NCBI RefSeq assembly: GCF_021869535.1
Contig: NW_026262745.1
Span: 93,930,001-93,994,000, forward strand
Source of the DNA: Mytilus californianus
Taxonomy: Eukaryota
Reading direction: 5' to 3'
DNA: 64,000 bases
Shown piece by piece: positions 50,801 to 61,960 of this stretch (its first letter is position 1; each line of letters begins with the position of its first letter). The notes under the pieces were generated by a model. That model was given only the letters and a program-made list of their open reading frames with translations, searched no databases and had not been told where the DNA came from. Both the position numbers and the translations under genes were made by a program.

Positions 50801-53800
50801 ACCAGATAACTTAGTTTCTGAGATATGAACTTGGAAATTATTTAAACGTGATATATATCAATAATTACATTACATGTATGTTTCATTATTATATGTTATT
50901 TTGATTGGCTATCAGCAATCTCGCGTCATTATGAAATTTACCTTCATTTCAAAAAAATGAAATGTAACATTTATGACGACACGAGCTTCCACAATAAAGT
51001 GCTAAGGTAGATAAGAGAAAAACTTGATAGAAATCGTGTTTTCATGATCCTAGCAAAATTGTAATTATAATTATTGAATGCTTCTTTTAGTAATTTTATA
51101 GGGTCGTAAAAACGTTGACCGTGCGCACATTTTTAGCTCACCTGGCCCGAAGGGCCAAGTGAGCTTTTCTCATTAATTGGCTTCCGTCGTCCGTCGTCCT
51201 GCGTCCTGCGTCCGTCGTCCGTAAACTTTTACAAAAATCTTCTCCTCTGAAACTACTGGGCCAAATTTGACCAAACTTGGCTACAATCATCATTAGGGTA
51301 TCTAGTTAACAAAATGTGTCCGATGACCCCGCCAACCAACCAAGATGGCCGCCATGGCTAAACATAGAACATGGGGGTAAAATGTAGATTTTGGCTTATA
51401 TCTCTGAAACCAAAGCATTAAGAGTAAATCTGACAGAGTAAAACTGATTATCAGGTCAAGATCTATCTGCCATGAAATTTTCAGACAAATCTGACAACCT
51501 GTTGTTGGGTTACTGCCCCTGAATTGGTAATTTTAAGCAAATTTTGCAGTTTTTGGTTATTATCTTGAATATTATTAAAGATAAAGATAAACTGTAAACA
51601 GCAATAATGTTCAGCAAAGTAAGATCTACAAATAAGTCGTCATGACCAAAATTGTCAGTCGACTTCTTTAGGAGTTATTGCCCTTTATAGTCAATTTTTA
51701 ACAATTTTTCGTAAATTTTTGTAATCTTTTACAAAAATCTTCTTCTCTGAAACTACTGAGACAAACTTAATAATACTTGGCCATAATCATTATTAGGGTA
51801 TCTTGTTAAAAAATGTGTCCGATGACCCCGCCAACCAACCAAGATGGCCGCCATGGCTAAAAATAGAACATAGGGGTAAAATGTAGATTTTGGCTTATAT
51901 CTCTGAAACCAAAGCATTTAGAGTAAATCTGACATGGATAAAACTGATTATTAGGTCAAGATCTATCTGCCCTGAAATTTTCAGACAAATCTGACAACCT
52001 GTTGTTGGGTTGCTGCCCCTGAATTGGTAATTTTAAACAAATTTTGCAGTTTTTGGTTATTATCTTGAATATTATTATAGATAGAGATAAACTGTAAACA
52101 GCAATAATGTTCAGCAAAGTAAGATCTACAAATAAGTTGTATGATCAAAATTGTCAGTCGACCCCTTTAGGAGTTATTGCCCTTTATAGTCAATTTTTAA
52201 CAATTTTTCGTAAATTTTTGTAATCTTTTACAAAAATCTTCTTCTCTGAAACTACTGAGACAAATTTAACCATACTTGGCCATAATCATTATTAGGGTAT
52301 CTAGTTTAAAAATATGTCCGATGACCCCGCCTTCCAACCATCATGGCCGACTTGGTTAGAAATAGAACATAGGGGTAAAATTCAGTTTTTGGTTTATATC
52401 TCTGAAACTAAAGCATTTAGAGCAAATCTGACAGTGGCAAAAATGTTCATCAGATTTAGATTTATCTGCCCTGAAATTTTCAGACGAATCCGACAACCCG
52501 TTGTTGGGTTGCTGCCCCTGAGTTAGTAATTTTACAGAAATTTTGCAGTTTTTTATTATTATCTTAGATATCATTATAATATCTAATATCTAATACTATT
52601 AATTATGATTTTAACCTTATGTTACATGATTTCCAAAGCATCAGTAAATACAGGTGAGCGACACAGGCTCTTGAGAGCCATTAGTTAGATTGAAGCGCTA
52701 CCGCGCTTCATACAAAATGTACTTCGGTCAACGTTTTTACACCCCAATGAATTTACAAAAAGAAGCATTCAATTCTTAAATGAATTATTATGCATGGGTT
52801 ATATTGATATCGGGGAAGGGTAATGGATTATTATGCACTGGGATATCGACATCGGGGAAGGGTAATAAATCATTATGCACGGGGATATCGACATCGGGGA
52901 AGGGTAATGGAATATCATGCACGGGGATATCGACATCTTGGTAGGGTCTTTAAGTGATTGTCTTGGTCTACTGCAATCGACCTCAATTTTTCTTTGTCTG
53001 TTTTATTTTCTATAAAGGATGATTTTGAACAAAGCGGCATAACTCAGACCTTAATATGTTAAAAACTTCTGTCGGATTTTATTCGTATTTGAACACATCA
53101 ATAGAAAAAAAAACAATAATAAAAAAAGTCTATGCCTTTTGATATTCATAATATTCGCAAAGGAATCAAAATATAATCATTATGAATGTTTGATGCAGAT
53201 AGCTATTCATGAAAACCATTTTGCAATTCCCTTTTCACTATTGAACATTTTGTAGGAATGCCTACTTAGTGCAGCCTATTGTGTCTGTTTGGGTTGCTTA
53301 CCCAATTTTGTCAAAATTAAATATCTTCTTTGCCAATCAACCTCAAAAGAAGTAGAAAGCTTAGGGTCCTTTTTTAAACAGGCATTAGAACTAAGGACAG
53401 GGGACTCTTGATTTATTTATATAAATATATATAGATAGATTGTTTTGCTTTTTGACTTGTATATGTTTAATGGGATATGTTTTCCTATGGTTTTGTTTTT
53501 GAAATGTCTTTTGTGTATTTGCATTCATATAATTTGTCACAAACTTATTGTTTAGAGTTTATATGACAATAAATATTTGAATTGAATTGAATTGAATTGA
53601 AATATAATGGAACTATAAACAACTGTCATACAGGTTCGAGGTTTAGCTAGCTATAAAATCAGGTTTAACTCACCATTTTCTTCGAAAAATGCCCAGCTAC
53701 GACTGGTGGTTAGATTGGTCAACAAACGATTCAATTGATATTGTAAAATATTAAGAGTGACTATTTTTCGTAATGAAAAAAAAAAAAAACTGAAAATAAC

Positions 53801-56800
53801 ACTTTGTAATTCTATGCGAAGAGCTTTTCTGGATTTATATTCATCAGAAACGTTCAAAGCAAACACACGAATATTTGGAAGCCAAGGAGGTATAAGTACC
53901 GAAACTTGCATTATGACCAGAAAGAACCTAAATATAATAGCCAAATCCATCTAAGGTCAACTTTGCCTGGGGCAGTTGGATTTTTTTCTAATTTCTAAAT
54001 TTCTAAACCTACTAAAGGAGGATTTATGACATAATATGTTTTTTTAATTTTCAATTCAAGGGTCTCATATCTTCTTTGTTTTTTTTTCAATATTGCAGGC
54101 AGTAAATTTAAAAACTTTTATCAAAGACCAAAATGGCGAAGAAATGAAGGCAATAGATATTTTTGCATTTGCAATAAAATATTTGAAAGACCAAGCTATT
54201 GGAAAGTTAGTCAAAAGTTTGAAGAATGTGGAAACAAAAGATATACACTATGTTCTTACAGTTCCGGCCATATGGGATGACCAGTCAAAAATATTTATGC
54301 GGAAAGCAGCAGAACAGGTTTGTAATAGTATACATTTCAAATACGGAGCCTTGGCTAACACCGAACAGCAAGCTAAAAAGGACCACAAAATGACTAGTGT
54401 AAAACAATTCAAATAGGAAAACCAACGGTCATGTTCTTTTCTGTAATTTCTGAAGGAAACTGATTGTGGAAAAGTAGCGTTAGGATTTTTCTCAATAGAA
54501 TTGTTTCATATTTTTCAAGTTTCATAAATTTAAAGTCGGGGCCTTTAATTTATATCCGATAATACGGTATGGGGTTTTCTCATTGTTGAAGGCCGCACGG
54601 TTGCCTATAATTTGTACATATTGGAGGGGGGGTCCTGATCCCGAAATCCCGGGCTTAAAAACATGGAAAAATTTAAATCCCGACAACCCAAAATTCGAAA
54701 AAAGAATTCCCGGATCCCGAAAGGATCAATCCCGAAATCCCGAGCTTAAAAACACCCGATCCCGGAGTCCCGATAAAGGTCCTACCCCCCCCCCCCCCCC
54801 CCCCCCCCCCCCATATTCATATCTCATAAACATGTTATCGTTCAACAAAGTAGTCACCAATCAATCATTTGTGTTTTCAATGAATGTTTATTTTCTAGGC
54901 GGGAATAAAAAGCAAGGATTTAATAATAGCTTTAGAACCAGAAGCAGCCTCCATATATTGCCAGGAACTTAGAACTAATGTTGATAAAAAGACAGATAAA
55001 ACATTTTCGGAAACAATTAAAAAAGGAACAAAATATGTAGTGATCGATCTTGGCGGTAAGTTAATCTTCAAATTTTAAAATCTTCAGTAGGCTGGTTCTT
55101 TCGCCAGTGAATTCTGAAAAAGGGTGTGGTTCGTTTGAAGAAAAAGAGTGACTTTGGAATAAGTAACTGTCAAAGTGGGGTATATGGAATGCATGTGTGA
55201 ACAAAATGGACAGGGATTCTCTATGTTTTTAGAGGGATGATTAAGTCAAAAGAAAATTAACCAAATTATATCCAAAAAAGTTCACACCAAAAAGAACATG
55301 TGTACTATAAAGTAACAAGTTGATGGCACAATGAGTTAACTACATTAAAGAAAAACAACCAAACCCCTTAACCTCAAAATTTACTGATTTCACACTTTTA
55401 CGTTTCTGTAATCAGTGAACTCTCAAAACCTAATAGGCATACCATGTACATGTATATGTTAAAAAGTTTACATAATATAAAGATGTGTAAAGAACTTTCC
55501 AGCTTCTGTGACCAACATTTCATTGTAAACTACCTTAAACCAAAACTTTAACTTGATAAAGGACGGACTAACAGATAGGAAGATGCACACACGGGAAAAA
55601 TAATTATGCTCCCTTGTGTCAAAAGCAACATATGTTTTAATGAGAAAGATTTATTAAATTTGTATTGAAAGTGTGGCAGTTTAATGGTGATGCCAATCTT
55701 TGATATTATATGTCAAACTCCGAAACAATGGAAACGTCGTCTTTGCTACGCTACGTTGACTTATTTAGGGTTTAGCAATGCAACGTCACCGCTGTTTCGG
55801 AAATTTTTTTTGGGTCAAATTATTGGATCATATTTAAATTTTAGGTGGTACTGCAGACATAACCGTACATGAACGCCAGTTTGATGGTTCATTGGAAGAG
55901 GTGCTCCCACCAAGTGGAGGAGACTGGGGTGGAACATCTGTTGACCGAGCTTATCTAGAATTTGTTAACTCGGTATTCACTAAGAGAGTCATTAGCGAGC
56001 TTCATTCAAATCAACTTGAAGACTATACAACTCTTTTCCATGAATTTGAAGTGAAAAAAAGAACAATTACTACAGAATATAGTACTGATATTGTTATTAC
56101 ACTACCTGTATCTTTGTTAGAAATTACACGGAAACATTGCACTTCTGTGCTCGCTGCCATTCAGAAGTCGATTTATAAGGAATCTGTTTCATTCAGTGGA
56201 CAGAAACTTTCTGTAAAACCGGAGGCATTCCGAAAGCTATTCAAGCAGACAATAGATTCAATAATAAAACATCTTGATAAACTGCTAAAACACCCAAACC
56301 TTTCCGACCTACATCATATTATAATGGTTGGTGGATTTTCTGAATGTGAGCTTGTCCAAACGGCAATGAGACAGAAATTTTCAAAGATGAAAATAATTAT
56401 TCCTGACGAGGCTGGACTTGCTGTCCTAAGAGGTGCTGTTTTATTTGGACATCAACCAAAGATTATAGGAAAGCGAATATTGAGGAAAACTTACGGAATA
56501 CAAAGCTGGCCTGAATGGGACGCTGAACTACATCCGGAAACGAAAAGAGTGCGAATTGATGGAATTGACCGTTGCAAAGATGTCTTTTATAAATTTGCTG
56601 TCAAAGGTGAAAAAGTTGAAGACGGTCATTCCTCTGGACAAATATTTCAGGCGTTAAAAACAGACGAAAAAACTCTAGAGTGTACAGTATACATTTCAGA
56701 TGACACTAATCCCCGATATGTCACAGATCCCAGTTGCCAACGCCTAGGGAATCTCATCGTCCCAATACCTCCCCTCAAAAAAGGAGAGACGCTTGAAATT

Positions 56801-56896
56801 GAAGAAACAATGATATTTGGTGGAACTGAACTCTTATTCAGAGCAAAGAATATGAAAACGGGTGAAATTTGTGAAAGTCAGTTTGAATTAATTTAG
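47841..56896 (+). CDS. HSPA12A: HSPA12-like atypical HSP70, paralogue 3; join(47841..47881,49723..50056,54099..54317,54899..55055,55845..56896), about 600 aa
   Basis: Motifs VAAIDFGTTYSGYAFS, TVPAIWDD, LEPEAAS, DLG|GGTAD and MVGGFSEC. The four main exons are secure. The 41-nt first exon (actATGG context, AG|GTGAGT donor, phase 2 matching the 49723 acceptor) is inferred; the alternative start is ATG 49730. Confidence 0.9.
49215..49515 (+). mobile_element. ~300-bp non-coding element carrying a second twister variant; inverse copy at about 60195-60505, fragment at about 53620-53690
   Basis: High similarity between the 49.2-kb and 60.2-kb copies over their full length. Confidence 0.8.
49317..49416 (+). 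ncRNA. Twister-like motif, second variant (L4 UACCAAGU / GAGGU)
   Basis: ACTGTCATA-CAA-GTGA-GAGGT-[TTAGCTAGCTATAAAACCAGGTT]-TAA-TCC-AC-CATTTT..AAAATG-CCTG-TACCAAGT-CAGG-AT-TATGACAGT, with a 9-bp P5. Confidence 0.7.
51135..52686 (-). mobile_element. Helentron-type non-autonomous element with about 2.7 tandem 500-bp core repeats, in intron 2 of paralogue 3
   Basis: Same termini as 22646-23516 in reverse. ACAAAAATCT unit starts at 51231, 51731 and 52230. Confidence 0.85.
52788..52937 (+). repeat. 42-bp minisatellite, about 3.5 units
   Basis: TTATGCACGGGGATATCGACATCGGGGAAGGGTAAT repeated in tandem. Confidence 0.85.
54623..54812. mobile_element. MITE with G-run/C-run ends and internal ATCCCGA repeats
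   Basis: Exact ATATT duplication at 54618-54622 and 54813-54817. Confidence 0.7.
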
Positions 56897-57788
56897 TGAA
56901 TTATTAAAAATTATACAACTGTTTACAAGATGAAAACCAATAGTCATTTTCTACAATTAATTTTGTTATAAAATAATTTCCATTGTTAGTAAATGAGTAT
57001 TTACTTATCAAATTGTTCATCAGTGACCGTGTTTAATGTCGTGACCTGTGCTCATTGAAAATTGAAAAAATTGAATGGAAAAATAATCAAAATAAATATA
57101 AGTTTAAATTAAAGTAAGAATAAAAGGTTTTTTTTTTCAAATTTCTCCAGACATATAAATCAATTGGCTCTATTTGATTGGAAAAACGCAACATTATCTT
57201 TTCACAATGATGACCGACGTTATGCTATCCCCAGAATTTACACAAACAGAATTTATTTAAAGAATGACTGTTAAACCAAAACCAAACAATAAACCTGCCA
57301 GTGGTCACCTGGACACGGTTGGTGCACTTTCAAACAACTGGAGATATTTTTTAAACGATTTTGTATGGAATAGTTGTATTGGAAGTATTACATACCATGA
57401 CATCCACATATTTTTTTCTTAGTATTCCGTTACCTCTGCAAATGGACGTGCATATTGATGTCTAGTGTTAGTGTATTATATACCTAGACAGCTTCCTTTG
57501 TAGCGTAAGGTGTATGTGAATCGTGTCTGTTTCTAATTCACATATATATCGGGCTTTCAAATATCGGTTTTAGTCAAGTCTGCTACATATGCCATTGTTT
57601 GTCTTGTTTTCTTAAAAAAAAAAGGGGACACAAGTTCTAAATAAGCTATTGCTATTGTACTGATTGACATATTAACATAAAAAAAACTCCATATACTGTT
57701 GTGTTCATGCTAACATTTATGCATGAAGACTATTTTTCATAGTTCCAACAAACTCCTGGGTTTAAATAATCAGTAATGAATTTCATCA

Positions 57789-58620
57789 TTTTTGTCGAGC
57801 CTTCGACTTTAGTCGAAAAAGCGAGACATAGCGATCCTACATTCCGTCGGCGTCGTCGTCGTCGTTGTCGTCGGCGGCGTCCACAAATATTCACTCTGTG
57901 GTTAAAGTTTTTGAAATTTTAATAACTTTCTTAAACTATACTGGATTACTACCAAACTTGGACAGAAGCTTGTTTATGATCACAAGATAGTATCCAGAAG
58001 TAAATTTTGTAAAAATAAAATTCCATTTTTTCCGTATTTTACTTATAAATGGACTTAGTTTTTCTGCCGGCAAATATTACATTCACTCTGTGGTTAAAGT
58101 TTTTAAAATTTTAATAACTTTCTTAAAATATTCTGGGTTTGTACCAAACTTGGACAGAAGCTTGTTTATGATCATAAGATAGTATCCAGAAGTAAAATTT
58201 GTAAAAAAATAAATCCATTTTTTCCTTATTTTACTTTTAAATGGACTTAGATTTTCTGCCAGGAAACAACACATTCACTCTGTGGTTAAAGTTTTAAAAA
58301 TTTTAATAACTTTCTTATACTATTTTGGATTTGTACCAAACTTGGACAGAAGCTTGTTTATGATCAAAAGCTAGTATCTAGAAGGAAATTTTGCTTTCTT
58401 CCAGTTAACATTACATTCAGTCTGCAGTTAAAGCTTTTTAACATTTATTAGATTCATAAAATATCCTTAATTTTTACCAAACTTGGACAGAAGCTTCTAA
58501 CAATCAAAAGATAGTATCAAGTGGAATATGTTTATTGATTTACTTCCTCATTTTTGTTGAGCCTGCAATTAACAGAAAAAGTAGGCGAGACACTGGGTTC
58601 CGCGGAATCCTTACAAATGT
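57789..58620. mobile_element. Second Helentron-type element family with 192-bp tandem core repeats
   Basis: Terminal hairpin (TCGACTTTAGTCGA) next to a GTC microsatellite. ATTCACTCTGTGGTTAAAG units at 57889, 58081 and 58273, with a shortened unit at 58415. Confidence 0.75.
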
Positions 58621-59476
58621 TTTCATTAAATCATGGACCGGGTGTTAACTTTACAGCACTTATTTCTCCTATATTCTTTAAGGAATTTTAACAAAACTTT
58701 CCCAAAAATATCTTTATATGTTGTCATATATTATTACATAGCTAAATATTAAATATGAATATTTTTGTCGATAATTTCCGTAGATAAAGATATATTTTTC
58801 ATTTTCTTACATGTTGGAAGAGAGGGTGTACATCACTAATCTCTAGCAATCAGGCATACGTATGACTAGCTGAATAAGTGGAGCATTCCCAGAGCATGCT
58901 TCTATAGAAAAGAGTTCTCATTTATCAGGAGGAACTACCGAGAAATTGTCAAAAATGCCAAAAAATTGCGATTTTTAAAATCCCCCCTTTTGACTTTTGA
59001 CCACAATTTTCAAAAATCTGCACCACTTTGGCACTCTACGACATACCTTAATCAAAGGGTAATACATTTATCTTCAAAATAAGACCAAAATTAGCCGTGA
59101 GGTATTTCGGTCCGTTAAATGTTTAAACTTACCTTACTTGTCACCGTACTATGATTATAAATGAATTAAACTGCTAAAAATGGATTCAACGTTTAGTCAA
59201 TGAATGATCATAAATTCGGACAGATCGAAAAAATAAAACTAAAATAATAATAAATATTAGTTATTCTGATTATAGATGTTTTCTGGATATATGCAATTAT
59301 CGAAGCTATGCATTATCATGGGCAAATGTTTCAAGCTCTTAAACGAGTTAAAGAACTCTCGAGTGTACTGTTAATGTATCAGAGGATACAAATTCTTGGT
59401 CTGCGCTTTGGATTCTAATAATACCATTACTTCCCCTGAAAAAAGGGAAGTCGCTTGAAATCGGAGAGATTGTATG

Positions 59477-59720
59477 GATTGATTGATTGTTGGTGTTTTA
59501 ACGCCACTTTTGGGCTATTTCGTGGCGGCCAGTTTTTATTGGTGGAGGAAGCCGGAGTGGCCGGAGAAAACCAACGACCTTCGATAGGAAAACTGACAAT
59601 CCTAGTCAATTAAGATTGGAGTTGAGTGCACCCGCAGGAGCGGGGTTCGAACTCACAACCTCAGTTTTGACTGGGTAGTGATTACAGAAGTAGAACTACG
59701 TAGACCACTTGGCCACCGAG
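59477..59720 (-). mobile_element. tRNA-derived SINE (V-domain/RUDI-like); partial copies at about 37825-37960 (+) and 43305-43510 (-)
   Basis: A box GGTGGCCAAGTGG, B box GAGTTCGAACC, body GGTTTTCTCCGGCCACTCCGGCTTCCTCCACCAATAAAA and a CAAT microsatellite tail. Confidence 0.75.
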
Positions 59721-60302
59721 AGAGATTATATGGAGGTACTGGACTTAATTCCTGTGCCCGAAAGTAAAAGCTATCTATATATATATAAGTACCGCTAGTT
59801 ACATCTGACCTGTTATGACATTGATAAAGCCTGAGAACTACTAGTATATGGGAGGATTGCTGTTATTGCCTATCGCAATCAACAGTATATCCTAGAGCAC
59901 CGTCCCTTGGTGTCTCCAGCAGATGAACAAATTTCCATCTTTATAGATAATAATTTAAGTATGTTCAAGTTCAGACTTTATTATTATATTTTTATTTTTA
60001 TTTTATTTATATTTTTTTTTGTTTTTTATTTGTGCACTGCTGGACATAGAAATAGTAATAATAATAAGGAAGGAAGAAAAAAAAATACTCAAGAGTTCTT
60101 TTAATGTATTTTTGTTATTAATGCTTTTTTCATTTGTCTATTATAATATCTGTCACGTTATATACTGTACAATGTCTCATGTTTGTTGCTTAAAAAAAAG
60201 TAAAATCACAAAAATACTGAACTCCAAGGAAAATTCAAAAAGGAGAGTCCCCAATCAAATGGCAAAATCAAAAAAACAAACACATCAAACGAATGGATAA
60301 CA

Positions 60303-60402
60303 ACTGTCATATTCCTGACTTGGTACAGGCATTTTCTTATGCAGAAAATGGTGGATTGAACCTGGTTTTATAGCTAGCTAAACCTCTCACTTGTATGACA
60401 GT
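60303..60402 (-). ncRNA. Twister-like motif, second variant, inverse copy
   Basis: Same architecture as 49317-49416. 8-bp P3 CATTTTCT/AGAAAATG; the triplet at the predicted cleavage site is CAA. Confidence 0.65.
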
Positions 60403-60978
60403 CACATCAAATTCCATTATATTGACAACGATGCGTGAACAAAACAAACAGACACAATAGGTAAAAATGTCAAAAATAGGGGTACAGCAGTCAACATTGT
60501 GTTATCATCTTAATCACTATAAAAACAAACAAATGTAACGAAGAAGCACAAATAGGCATACATCAAATTTAACATCCAATTATGCTTATATTATACGATT
60601 TTATTTATCTATGTAAAATCCACCCATAAAGGATGGAAGGTTTTAAGTACTGGCGTAAAATCGTATTATATTATCATAATTGTTAATTGTAAATGCCCCC
60701 CGTGGGACCCTGATTGGAATAATAAAATATTTGATTTATATGTATACAAGATCCTTTAATTTAACTGCCTCCCTATAATATTTCATTTGACAATTTCAAC
60801 AGGTAAAAATTAAACACGTATGCATTTTGCATACACATTTCTGCGGACACTTGACTTTGCTGTCAGTCAGAAATGGGTAAGATTACAGTCAATGAAATCG
60901 ATTAAATTACAATTACTTTGTCAATTGTACGATTAAATTAAATTAATGATTACACCATTTATCAAAGTAACTTATTAA

Positions 60979-61566
60979 GGTTCATGTGGACCCTTTTGCT
61001 AAAATGGCTGCGTTTTCACGTCAAAATTTACTCTGAGTACAGACAAACCTGTGCATCTGGAAAAGTTTTTTAAGGCATAGCATGCCCTAGATACATAAAA
61101 TTCAAATGCATTGTATGTTTTAGAAAATTCAAAACTTAACTTGATTTTGCAGTGCACTTTTTTTCGTCCCTGCAGAAGATAATAAAATTAACAAACAGTT
61201 GAGTTTCACTTGATATGGTCCACTCAGGTACAGAGTTTAAATCACCAATTATTGTCAGGTATCTATTGTCCATCTATTGTCCATGTCAATTAATACAGCT
61301 CACTTCAATTATTACCTGTGGGGAAGTTCTCAAACCTCTTTCACAACTTAGTTTATTTTTGCACATTCTGGAGGAATGAAAAAAAAAAGTGCACTGCAAA
61401 ATTCTGTAAAGTTTTTATTTTTTCCAAAACATAAAACATATTTGAAATTTATTTATCTAGGGCATGCTATGCCTTAAAACTTTTCCAGATGCACAGGTTT
61501 GTCTGTACTAGGAGTAAATTTTGAGGTGAAAATGCAGCCACTTTAGCCAAAGGGTACACATGAACC
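60979..61566. mobile_element. Kolobok-like non-autonomous element with ~190-bp TIRs
   Basis: TTAA|GGTTCATGTG...CACATGAACC|TTAA, with long imperfect inverted arms. Confidence 0.8.
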
Positions 61567-61867
61567 TTAAATGTGACAAGTAATCATGATTACATCTGAT
61601 TACAATTAATTTCAAAATAACCCATTTGAATGATGTAGAGGAATAAAAGTTATAACTGTAGCACTTTTCGAGAAAGGATTTTAACTGATGTGTTATCAAA
61701 TAATTATTTCAAACTTTATCAAATTAATAAACCAAAATGATTTTGTCACTGATTATGGCCCATTACGCTTCATCATCATCATTCTAGGAAATATTCTGAC
61801 TTCGATTTAATAAAGATTTGTCAAGAGGATTGGTTGTGACCTTTCTGATATCTTCCAAACTTTATAG

Positions 61868-61960
61868 TCCGTCGGATGGGGATGTTAAATCCGAGGTCCC
61901 GTTTTCAGGGAGTACCACGCTCTTTGCACATTAAAGATCCTTCTCAACAAGCTCTTTTTG
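61868..61960 (+). mobile_element. Possible Deu/Meta-domain SINE remnant
   Basis: CCGTCGGATGGGGATGTTAAATCCGAGGTCCC...CATTAAAGATCC resembles the conserved central domain of Deu-type SINEs, recalled from memory rather than aligned. Confidence 0.4.
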
